DNA of 64,000 nucleotides. It comes from Takakia lepidozioides (lineage: Eukaryota > Plantae > Bryophyta). Location of the stretch: positions 36,518,001-36,582,000 of the forward strand of contig CM060732.1 of the NCBI GenBank assembly GCA_030704615.1, read 5' to 3'. A program made the position numbers and the translations under genes. Below the pieces are notes generated by a model. The model saw nothing but the letters and a program-made list of their open reading frames with translations. It did no database searches and was not told the DNA's origin. The number at the start of each line of letters is the position of its first letter. Positions within the stretch are counted from its first letter, which is position 1. Shown here in pieces: positions 51,669 to 62,959 of this stretch.

Positions 51669-51947
51669 CAATGTTTCCAATTATAGCTCTTCAACTATTA
51701 AACCTCTATCAATATGCACCCCAACCATTCCAAAAAAAATTAAGAAAAGAAAATTGGACATGTAGCAAGCTATCCGACTGACAATATGGCCCACCCCCCA
51801 AATGGGCAGTAGCCCCAAGGTGAAGTGGCTCTTAGTTACTGCGCTGACCGGAGTCTTCTCCATTGTTCTACTGGTATATAGGATTAAGGCGGGTATATAG
51901 TAGGGTATGGGGAATGGTCTCAAATATCCTAGTAGGTGGGTATGAAC

Positions 51948-54900
51948 CAGTGTTGGGCGGTTCTTGCCTTTGTGAAGGAACCTTCGGTTCCGATTCCACA
52001 AATTTTTGAAGAGACGGTTCCGGATCCGGATCCGGTTATTTTTTATTAAGGCGGTTCCAGTCCGGTTCAGGTTCTGACTTTTTAACATGGGGGCGGTTCC
52101 GGTTACCGGTTAGTTGCTGGAAAAAAAACACCGGTTCTCGGTTAGGTTCCGGTTCTTTTTTTTAAATATTTTTTTTTTAATTTTTTTTATTCTTCTGGAA
52201 AATTAGATGAACTGATCTGATTGGTCATACTGAATATTCAGAATTTTCAACTAAAACCAGGGAATTTATTAGTAAAACTGAAGTAAATAAACTTATATGT
52301 TTTTTGTGAATGTCTTTTATGGTAAGTTAAATACGCATGGTCTCCATTAAAAACGGAAAACCAGAGATTTTATAAGTTTTCGTACGGTGTAGCAAAGAAC
52401 AACTAAAACAAACTAACTACATAAGAATCTTAATTCAAAATACAAAACAAATTAAACATGTGTAATTCTATGGTTACCTTTTATGGTGCAGCAAAAGCAC
52501 AACTAAAAAAAACTACATAAATTTGTGTTTTTGGGATGATGCTTTGTCGATATAGCATACAACAAACTAAGTACACGGGATGTCACTGAAATTTTCAATA
52601 AAAATGACAAATAAACAAACTCCAATCAAAGGAGTATAGTGTAATATGTTGAACAATAATTTGTCTCTAAATCATTCTACCTCAAAGAGGTTTGTCTCTG
52701 CAATCAAGTCCTCATTCTCATCTAAGAGGATTTCTTCCCTATCCAAAAACTCTTTCATGGAAGTACTAAAGCAACCAACTCTAGCACCATTTGGCCAATT
52801 CTTGACTACACTCACAAGCATATCAAGGTTTTCAATATTTAACCTGCACCGTCTCAACCTTGTTATGACACCTGCAGTACTAAAAACCCTCTCAGCTTCA
52901 ATCTGAGATCCAACTATGCCCAAGATTAGCCATGCCAAAAATCCCACACACGGAAAGAGAGACTCGTGTTCTTTCCACCATTTCAAAGGAGCCACGCACT
53001 CACCCTCAATTATCTTCGTCCTTCTAAAATGTGATAGTTGTTCTCTTACTACTGTCAATGTCATGTCTTCATTGTGGTCATGCACACCAAATAAGGACAT
53101 CTCGTCCTTTGTGGAAGTGGGCTGTGATTGGGCCGGAGTATCCGGATGTAAGACCTTGAAACACTTTACCAAAAGATGCTCTAACATCATGCTATCATAT
53201 TGAGACACAATATGCAAAGCACACTCTTTGCCCACATATTGTGATACCAATGACAACCCCTTGTAATGTGGGTCAAGCATAAACGTGAACATATTGTGAG
53301 CTTTGCGCGATTGAAACCCTTCAAAAAAAAAAAATGGTTCCAAGACATATATCACCTCTCGAGCCATCCGCCATTCCAACAATGTCAACTCTGTTGAGAA
53401 ATCCCCCATGTAATGATCCACAATTGCAGCCCTGGGAGCACTACTTCCTCGCATGCGAATTGTTGTGCAATGGCTGCATTAAGAGCATCGGACAACAGCC
53501 AAAATCTCCCAGATTGATTCATAATGCACTCATGAACCACAGGCCCTAGAACTGTAGAAATTGATTGGGCAATGACCCACACTTGTGGACTTGGTATGCG
53601 AGACTGCGGTGTCAATGAGGTTTGCCTAGAGTAACAAGTGATTATGGCTTGCCTAAACTCCAAAGTCTCTTGGAAGATGATCACCTTGGAAGCAAACCGT
53701 GTCTTCACCGGAGTCTTCAATTTGCGGGGATGAATGCCGCTGTCCACACATGCCTTTGCTCATTCTTGTCTCCATTTGCCACTTTTTTTTGTCCAAGTAA
53801 TGGTTTTTTGCAACTCTGATTGGGCATTTTTTACAGAAACCGATCTCATATCTACGCATACTTTTGCGTCATTTGTTGCATACTGGCAACACTTAGACAT
53901 TGCATGCCCAAAACAGCTACCCACAAATGGAGAATCCAACCCCAAACACGCACATGAGACCACCGAATTTAAAGCATTGGTCAAAGTGGCCAAGTTACCT
54001 GCCTCATCTTTGACGTAAACAATAATGCGAGTATTGAGGCCATACTTCACAAGAAGATTGTTGACTTGATGTGCCATGGCAGCCCCATATGTGTCAGGTG
54101 TCTCAAACATGCCAAGAGTCACATGACATTGCTCCCACTGTTCATTAATAAAGTGCGCTATAATGACAAAAGTGTTAGTTCCCCCTCTTGACATCCACAA
54201 ATCAAAACTCACAGAGCAAGTAGCACAATTCTGAAGAGATAAGGACATGTAGCGCTCTTTCGTCTTCTCTGCCAAGATTGGAATGGCCTCATTCACAAAT
54301 GTCCGTCGAGAAGGGAAAACAATCCGAGGATTTTGCCTCAAAACCATCCATCTTAGCCAAGGGGATTCTACCAAAGACAGTGGACCAACTCCTTTGCAAT
54401 GAACAAGACTAAATCCTCATTGAACTGCTTCTGTTGATCATCATTTTGGTTGTATAGAGTGGAGCTTCAAAAAAAAAAACTATGTTTCCAAAAATGGGGC
54501 CGGACCTTTTTTTTGCTGGCCTACGGGCCTTCTCAGGTCCTTCATTTTCCTTCTCAATCCACCTACGCAAAACAATGTCATGTTCTTGATCCACATGCTT
54601 TCGAAGGGCAGAGATACCATTGGTTTTGTTATAGGTCACAATGCCCTTCTTGCTTGCAAGAGTAACACCAACAGGATGACATAGAACACACCTCATTTGT
54701 TGTGGATTTGTTATGTCCACTGGAGCAGAGTCTTTTGTTGCATAGAATGCCTATGTCGAAGCTGTGCGATTGTGGGGCTTCCAAAAATCCCATTGTTTTT
54801 GAAGTACTGGAAGCTGCGCCTCCACATCCAACACCGTGTGTGATGGCGAAACTATGGAAGATGATATTGCAGTCGAGGCTTGAAGAGCTGATGTAAATGA

Positions 54901-56025
54901 GGCTGCATGATGAGCATCCTCCGCAACATGGCACTCCACCAAAGCTCTCTCATTATCAACATTGATGTCAGGAACAACTTCCCTTTCTAGTTCATCGAAA
55001 ATATTGGGCTCCATGACGTAAAAAGCTTGTGGAACAACTCCTGTGTAAAAACAATGCAAACAAAGAATCCAAAAAGCATTTAATAATTGTGCACAACTCA
55101 TATATTTACAAAAGTTTGGAATGGTATATGGCTGGCCAAAACGAAAGTGTGGGGAGAGACACCGCACTACTCAATTTATTATTTCATATTGAGCTGAATG
55201 TTACATACATGGCCTATATTTAGATCTACGTTATTTTCTTTATCTAGTACATGTACATTTACATTTTCAAATTGCAAAAACTACCTAGCAAGTTGGGGGT
55301 GGACCAGTCTTATGCTTCAGTGGTCAGCTTGGCTACTTCATGACTTGGGAAATGATCTACAATGCCCCCACCACATATAAATAAATCAGTCATTGTTGTA
55401 CCACAACATAAAGAGTTATAACTAAAAATTATGAAGCTTTAAAGTGGGGTGATTGTCCACAAGAGGTAGGGGTTGGCTGTCAAGCCTTCTTGATATTTGT
55501 GCTCCCCTTTCCGAGTTCAAACTTTCACTATGAGAGGAGGAGCAAATCATCCCTCTGTTGTACCACACATTGGAAAAAATAAAATAAAAAAACTAAGCTA
55601 TTAAAGGGTGGGGGCTTACCATAGGATGAGGGGGCTGGTTAGCGGGCTCTAAACTTGCACTCCTCCTTCTTGTGTGTGATCTACATAGCAACAAAGTAGG
55701 GGGCTGAGCAGCCCCTTGCTATGCCAATTTTCTGGGAAAAAAAAAATATGCAACATTGAATTAGGGGCATGCTTATATGTGTGGTGGAACGGGGGCTGGT
55801 TGGCAGGCCTCCCTACTTGCCCTCTTTCCCTCCCATGCACGATCTACAATAGCAAAAGAGCAAGGGGCTAATCAGCTCCTCTTATATCACAAACTTAAAA
55901 TAATTAAGAAAATAAAGAACAATGAAGGGGAAGTACACGCGGGTAATGGGGGCTGGTTGGCGGTTCAAGAGGCCTCCTATTTCTGCTCCCTTCCCGAGTG
56001 CAACATATCACTATGAGGAAGGGCG
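51948..56025 (-). mobile_element. hAT DNA transposon; the other end is interrupted by the LTR element
   Basis: TIR CAGTGTTGGGCGGTT at 51948, CGGTTC subterminal arrays, internal transposase, repeated subterminal units at 55440-56020. Confidence 0.88.
52672..55014 (-). pseudogene. hAT transposase (BED zinc finger, DDE core, hATC dimerisation), with stops and frameshifts
   Basis: CVLC..GISALRKHV..H (BED), FPSRRTF, VSFDLWMS, VKDEAGNL, CFGH, KTRF, PLKWWKEHE..FP..LGIVGSQIEAERVFSTAG. Confidence 0.9.
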
Positions 56026-58797
56026 TGTCAAGTTATTTTACCACTAGTATGAAACTAGCTAGGAAATAGCTAGCTTTTACATATTGACATTTGGGATTGG
56101 CCCAAGTGTCAATCCAGGGGTCAAGGCAGATTTAGGCCCTGGAGTGGTTATCTTCACGGCAAGCGCGGAAGGCTCATCTTTCTCGAGTTGAGCCTCACCG
56201 CGCCTAGCTATGGCGCCGTAGTGTGGATTCCCCATGGCGTGGGTGGGGCACTTGGCTTGACTTGTATTTGAGTGATGAGGTTATATATGCATGAGTTATG
56301 CTTCAGCTTTGTGAGCTCTCATGAGCTTGTGCTTGTATTCTCTCTTCTTTATCACTCGAGAAAGATGAGCTCGTATCTGTGAGTGCCAGATACGAGTTAG
56401 TTGTAGCACTTGTGGTTTTTGCTTGAGAATGAGAGAAACCAAGTTGTTATGCAAGGAGCACCGTGGAGCTCTTGGTTGTTAGAAGCGGAGGCGATGTGGG
56501 TTACGAGGTGGTAGACCTTGGCATTCGATCTTCAGCTTCAGAGATGAAAGCACCATGCTGCAGGTAATTCCAGAGCACCTTGATGGTTTCAGATTGTGTA
56601 CATGCATGAGCAAGCACGATTGGGAAGAGGACCAGTCAAGAGCAGGTTATAGTGGCTTTGGTGGCAAAGCTGAGAACTGGACTTGGGAATGCGAGCTTTC
56701 ATTGTGAAGGATTGCAAGACCAAGCGAAAGGGCTGATTTGGCTTGGGGCAAATCAGTGCACTTTGTGGAGTATGGTGAGATTGGGTTTCAATCTCGAGCT
56801 TCAGCATTGAGAGGGCTCTTGTCATGGCAAGAGCAGGGCTGGAACAGGAGCTAAGAGGTGCGGCAAGGCCATGGAATGTGCACCTAGGGTTTCAGAGCTT
56901 GGAAGAAGAGCTCTTGCACCACAAGAGAAGTGTCTTGTGGCTGGAAATGTAAGCCTTAGGGTTTCAGGAGCTTGGCAAAGGCTGTGGAGTGCTTAGTCTT
57001 GTCTTAGAGAGCATCAAGGAGCCAAGGAGCCAAGATAGGGGGATGATATCTCTTGTGTGAAGAGTTGCATGTGTGGAGCATGTATTCAGCTCATTGAAGC
57101 TTCCATCTTCAAGCTTGGAGGGCAAGCAAGGAAGAGGGAAGGGCTGACTTCCCTTATGTGAGGGCAATGCATGTGTGGAGCATGCTATCAGCCTGGTGAA
57201 GGCTTGCACTTTCAGGTGTGGGAGTGCAAGAAAGGAAGGAAGGGGCTGGTTTCCTGTAGGGCATGTGGAGCATGCTTTCAGCCTGCTGAAGCTTGTATTT
57301 TCAGGTTTGTGGGTGCAAGAAATGAAGCAAAGGAGCTGATTCTCTTATGGTGAGAGTGGGGCATGTGTGGAGCATGCCTTCAGCCCATTGAGGCTCTTGT
57401 TTTCAAGCTTTAGAGAGCTAGAACGGAAGGTCTAGGGCTGGTTTCCACTTGGAGTGAAAGAAAAGCACTTGTAGGGCCTATGTGAGTTGGGGTTTCAACT
57501 TCAAGCTTGAAGGGAGCGCAACTCTTGAAGCAGCAGGTGTAGGGGGCTGGAATAGGCTCTAAGACAGATGCTATGGCCAAGGAGAGTGCTTGAATGAGTG
57601 CTCACAAGGGCTGGGAACCAGCAGGGCTTGGTTGTTTGCCATTGAGTTTAGTGGGTGTTTGGGGAGGCTAAGTGAGAAAGAAGGCTTGGTTTGTGGCAAC
57701 CACCTCATGGCTTAGGGCTACTATGGTGGTGTGTGGGAGCCGAAAGAGCAAGAATACCTTGCTGATTTCCTCACAGCCGCCATAGCTGGTGGAAAGAAGC
57801 CTAGAGTCCAAGAGACACAAACCCTAGCTTGGCGTGGCTAAACCCCTTGGAGAAATGGGCCCCCCCCCCCCTTTGGGGCTTGTGGGCTGTGAAGGGTTGT
57901 GAGGGGCTGTGCCCATGGCCTTTGGGGCTTGTGTGATGAGGGGCTGTGACAAGCCGTGCTGAGGCCTTTGGGGCTGTGATGGGCTGTGTGAGGGGCTGCT
58001 GTGACAGGCTGTGCCCAGTGGCATGTGGGACTGTGACGGCTGTGATAGTGAGTTGTGTGGGCCTGTGCTGGTCTGTGGTGGCCCGTGTTGACCTGTGGAC
58101 GGCCTGTGTGACTTGTGGAGGCACTGGTGGACTGCCTAAGGACTAGCATGTGGTCTGGAAGGCCGAATTTTGAAGCTCGTGGAGGGCGGTTTGAGGAGTA
58201 TCTTCATGATATTCCCATGGTCATGCAAGTGAGGGAGGAGGAGAGGAAGAGTGTTGGGATGTTGGATGAGGGCATGCTGGGGTTAGGCATTGCTTTAGCT
58301 TCTCTTCCTCGTAGTTTCCACCCTCTCATTAGGCCAAGACCTTTCCGTAGGTGGAGGCAAGAGTCAGTCCGGGTTGGGCTGGGGTGTCCTTGCAGGAGCA
58401 ACACCGTGGAGTTGTTTTTGGTGTGGGGAGTTGTCGTTCTGATTTCTTGTGTTTGGATCCCCTCCATACCTGCATGCTTGACTGTGCGCCATGCTAGTTT
58501 TTGTGGGCGCTTGTTTTTATAGGTGATTGGTCCGGATTGATCACCGGCTAGTCCTAGAGCATGCTGTCGATGGTGAGGCTGGGGTGATGACCAGCCAGAC
58601 CATCATTGTTTCTCTTGTGGTGTGAGGTTGGAGGTGATGACCAGCCAACCATAGGAGTGCTTGCGGTGGATGCAGGTACAGGTGTAGGCTATGTTAGGAA
58701 CTTAGTATTCCAAACCATAAGCCGCAACAGGTTCTCTACCCGGTTACCTTGTGGAGAGGGGGTTAGGGACATGTTCATGACCGGTTGAGTGTCAACA
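56026..58797 (+). repeat. Putative 5' LTR, about 2.8 kb
   Basis: TG...CA termini; abrupt junction with hAT subterminal repeats; non-coding, with internal tandem arrays (57060-57420 and 57880-58120); directly upstream of gag. The 3' LTR is not in the window, so the boundaries are unconfirmed. Confidence 0.65.
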
Positions 58798-58829
58798 CGG
58801 AGGTGCCACTAGTTGCGGGGACAGTGCCG

Positions 58830-60300
58830 TTCGAGCACTAGCGATACTAGTGGGTACACGAGACGAGGTGTGCGGTTTAGGCCACCTTCACCTCCTGTGT
58901 CTTCCACGGAAGGTTCTGATTCGGATTGTGAATCAGGAGGACTCATACCGGCGGTGCAAGTTGTTTCTTTGCCATTGTTGTGGGACACAATGGAGGAGAT
59001 GTATGGAGCTACCAAGGGGCCACGAAGGTACTTGGGGCGGTGGGCACCATCGAGTTGGATGATTTTATCCAAGAGTTTGATAGTTGGTGTGATTTGCAGC
59101 AAATGCGCAATCCACAACTATTTACGCCTTTCATGGCATGGAAGGGGCTGTTTCAGCACCTTGAGGGGCGCCTATGGATGATTACCATGAGTTCAGGCGG
59201 GGGCATGAGGTTGAGATCGAGGAGTGGAGGATGTACTGGTCACCCGACTATGTCTCCATCACTAGGGGCACTAGAGCCACGAGGGCAGTGGCTACACCTG
59301 CCGCTGCACCGGCAGCTTCAGCAAGTAGCAGTGGGACTGGTGGTACAGTAGCTACGACGTCCACCCAAGCCACTACCGCACCAGCACTAGCACCCGTGCC
59401 TGCCTTCAACCCTGTTGTGGAGTTCTTCGAAGAGTTGAGAGGGAACTACCAAGGGGTGAGGACAGACAGAGAAGTTGCGGAGCTTGCAAGAGTTCCAACG
59501 GAAGCCGACTGAGAGCTTGAGGGAGGCTTTCACTCGCATGAGGCGCTTGATAAATGTAACCCAAGGGGTTACGGAAGCTCAGGCAGTCCAATTCTGGTAT
59601 GGGATATTGGACAAGGAGCTGAGGAGAAGGGTGCGGGATGCAACTCTCCTACAAGCGGCCCAACCCACCTTAGCAAATGTGTTTTTGCTGGCAGAGCGGA
59701 TAGAGCTCAACATGGTGGAGGAACGAGTGGTCATGGTGGGATTTGCTAAGGAGACACCACGGGGTAGTGGTGCTCCTAGCCAACCACTACCTCAACGTGC
59801 TCAAGGCAACAAGGGGGCTCAGGTGAAGCTCAGGGAAGGGCAGAGAGGACCTCAGATGCAGGGGTCTCTCCCTCATTTGCTGGCCAACAACGGGCGGATG
59901 TGGTGTGCTGGACATGTGGAGGACCCCATGTCAAGAAGGATTGCCCAGAGGGAGGCAAAGGGCCGGCACATGCACAGCCTGCACGTTGCAGTGTGGGCAT
60001 TGTGGCAAGCACGGGCATGGAGAGGCCCAGTGTTATGGTTTGCATCCTGAGTTGCCCAGGCCAGTTCCAAGGGAACAATGGTGGCCGGGGGCGAGGTGGA
60101 GCAGCCCAGAGAGGACGAGGTGGCCAGCCACCAGGTGCAGGCCAAGGACGCGGAGGTCAGGGTGTTGACCAGGCATGGCCAACCGGCTCCAGCAGCTAGA
60201 GCAGAGGCTCGCTGCCATGGCTACAGCTCAGGTGGTACCGGCTCTAAGGCCGGATGGTCCACCTCCTGCTCCTGAGGGAGGAGATATGGGAGGCATGGGA
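58830..60300 (+). pseudogene. gag: Retrotransposon gag with two CCHC zinc knuckles, frameshifted
   Basis: IELDDFIQEFDSWC..WKGLFQHLEG; LQEFQRKPTESLREAFTRMRRL..QFWYGILDKELRRRV; knuckles CWTCGGPHVKKDC and CGHCGKHGHGEAQC. Confidence 0.85.
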
Positions 60301-60859
60301 TTCATGTGTGGAGCAGCACTACCACTAGTGCGTGGTGGTGGAGTCTGTTGCAGCCGTGACTCGAGGAGCAGCACGAGTTCCTGAGCCACGAGGTGCAGAG
60401 GTGGAGTTGGATCCACAGCGTGGGGAGGCAAGCCGTCAGGCTAGGCTTCCTCAGTCATTCACATTGGCGGAGACAGTGTCGACGCCATCCATGGCACCTA
60501 GTTCTCGCCCAACTGTTGGGGAGAGCTACACGGGGAGCACCACTACCTAGTGTTGCCAAGGCTACGGCAGCTAGTGTGCTGCTAGGAGCGGCCACATCTG
60601 TGTGCCAGGCTCCATTGTTCTCGGCTACCATGATTGCGACGCCGGGGGTAAGACCAGCTGAGGTGTTCAGGCTGGCAGCTACACTCTGTGAGAGTGGGGA
60701 GGTTACTTCATCTTCTGCGGAGATAGTGGGAGGTGTAGTGCCGGAGGGATCCTCGGATTTGAGGGTCAAGACTGCCACGGCGGCGCCATGGCAAGCTGCA
60801 GCTGCCAGGTTGATGGAGCTGCCAGCTAGGCCAGCCATTGAGCGCGCCATGGTGACACC

Positions 60860-61310
60860 TGGAGTTGTCATGTTAGACAACCAGGATGACATTTTCTGTT
60901 TGAGTGGACCGGCAGGCAAGAGGTACCGGCCACTGCGGGTCTTGTTGGACTCGGGAGCTCAGCCACTGATGCTGGGCAGAGCTGCTATTGCAGGCTTGGG
61001 CCTCACGGAGGCGGATATGGAGCCTTGTCCTTTCCAGATACAGACGTCTCTGGGAGGATCGGAGCAGGCTCGGGGCATGACACGGCGTGAGTTGGCTATC
61101 AGACTACGGCCGGATCACCCTACAGATGGCTCAGTGATGCGAGCCAAGGCCATTGTGACAGACGTCTCATACGATGTCCTGGTTGGTGGGGCAGTGTTGT
61201 ACCCCATGGGCTTCACCCTGGATTTTTGGGAGGAGTCAGCTTCCTATAGGCCTGCATGGCAGTCAGGGGAGGGCCGGCGTGTGCAGCTCCCTGTGACGTT
61301 CATAGGAGGA
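60860..61310 (+). CDS. Retroviral-type aspartic protease domain of pol
   Basis: RVLLDSGAQP (catalytic Asp at 60948) and YDVLVGGAVL, within ORF 60393-62312. Confidence 0.85.
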
Positions 61311-61619
61311 GTTGCGGTTGCCCAGCGAGGCAAGATGCCGACACTAGCAGCATTCACAGCGGCAGTGAGTTGGCCTAGAGAGTTGCTTGAGGGCAATGCT
61401 CATTCAGAGGATGTACACCTCCGGGAGAGCAGGATGACATGTATGGTATGGCGGAGTTGCCTACCATGGTTGCTCAGACTCCATTGTGGGGCACGAGCAA
61501 GGATTTGCAGCGGGATGCTGATCGACGGGTGCAACAAGCCTGGGTGGAGGCTTTTGTACCGTCAGGAGAGGAGGAGAGTGTGGGGATTGCACCAGGACCA
61601 CCTCAATTGTCTCCATTGG

Positions 61620-62600
61620 ACACCACACCTATTGTGTGGCAGTATCCGGATGAAGGCATTTGTCTTCTGGACTTGTTTGGCGGGATCAGCACCGGATTGG
61701 CTGCTGTGTTACAAGCAGGTGTACGAGTTCGGCGTTACCTGTATGTGGAGAGGGATGAGACTGCACGACGCGTTTCACTTCGCCATTGCTCAGTTGGTGC
61801 AGCGGTACCCTGAGTTGTTGTCGGTGTCTGCAATTCGTGGATATCAGCAGGCCTTGCCAGCAGACATTTCGTTGCTGGGGGCGCAGGATTTGGAGCGGGT
61901 TGGCTCCATTGATCTGGTAGTGGCAGGTTGGCCCTGCCAAGGGCATTCATCAGCCGGGCATGGCAATGGATTGCGAGACTCGAGGTCGGGTCTGTTTTGG
62001 GAGATGGTGCGGGGTTTTGCGCCACTTGCAGCTTCATCAAGCTGTATCTCCAGCATACATCTTGGAGAATGTGCCACTGATGGGCGATTCTCGGGCCAGG
62101 GTGATGGCCAGTGTGCATCAAGTCCGGTCGTGGCTTGGTCAGCAGTGTTGCTAGATGCAGCTACAGTGGGGTCACGGGCTCATCGTCCACGGCTATGGTG
62201 GACTAACTTGATGCCACCGCACTGCTCAAGCGTGCATTTGATGGGGTGTGGCAGCGGCCAACACTCACAGTGGATAACATTCTGGACACAGGGAGGCAGT
62301 CTCAGCGTGTGAGACACGATGACCGTTCGCCTTTGGCAGTGGTCAACAAGGTGGGTCAACCACGAGCAGCATTACCTACACTGCTCAGCTTCCCAGGATC
62401 GCATCTGATTCCGGGATAGTGGACCTGGCCTCCTGTGGGATGCTCAGTTGCAGCAGTTAGTGGAGCCTAATGCTGACGAGCGTGAGCGGGCAATGGGTTT
62501 ACCACTGGTACCACGGCGGTGTCGTCTCTTTCTGAGGCATCACGTCGTCAAGTGTTGGGGCAAGCAATGGATCTCAATTGCTTGACCTGGATTATCAGCT
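61620..62600 (+). CDS. C5 cytosine DNA methyltransferase domain inside the retrotransposon pol; about 6 single-base frameshifts
   Basis: Motif I LDLFGGI (61667), II YVERD, IV DLVVAGWPCQGHS (Cys 61935), V RSGLF, VI YILENV (62065), VIII AHRPRLWW (62184), IX ERERAMG (~62478), X LGQAMD (~62555). Confidence 0.9.
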
Positions 62601-62959
62601 TGGCTCTGGCTGAGCAACGCAGAGTGCGGAGTACACTTCCCTCAATGGTCTCTCTGCCTACCGAGACGGTACAGGCAGTGAGGGGGGGCGAGCATGTGAG
62701 GACCACGGGGTGCATGCATCCATGGCACACGTGGGAGGTGCTCGAGGTTCAGAGGGAGTTGGCAGCCAAGGCGGCTGTGATGTGATGGATGAGGTTGGGG
62801 ATTCTTCTCGGGTTGAGGAGGTCCTCAAGGATGAGATGATGGGGCAGGAGATGAGCCTTGTCATTGACTGAGCAGGCAGGGAGTACTGCTCAAGAGGTTG
62901 CAGCATAGCAACCACTGGACGCGTCCTCTACCTCTAAGCCCACTGGACTTAAGGTTGCA

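Noticed and set aside
60393-62312. 639-aa ORF read as a single real protein
   Set aside because: It is a mosaic. Only parts (protease, DNMT motif IV and VIII regions) are in the true frame; other motifs lie in neighbouring frames.
61620-62600. Host DRM/CMT/MET1 gene, or a bacterial restriction-modification contaminant
   Set aside because: No introns, no BAH/chromo/UBA domains, unpermuted motif order, no restriction gene, and it is continuous with Gypsy protease and RT.
12940-62600. MHF1, SUVH, WRNIP1 and DNMT as a chromatin or genome-stability gene cluster
   Set aside because: They are far apart, unrelated in origin, and the DNMT belongs to a transposon. Nothing supports more than coincidence.
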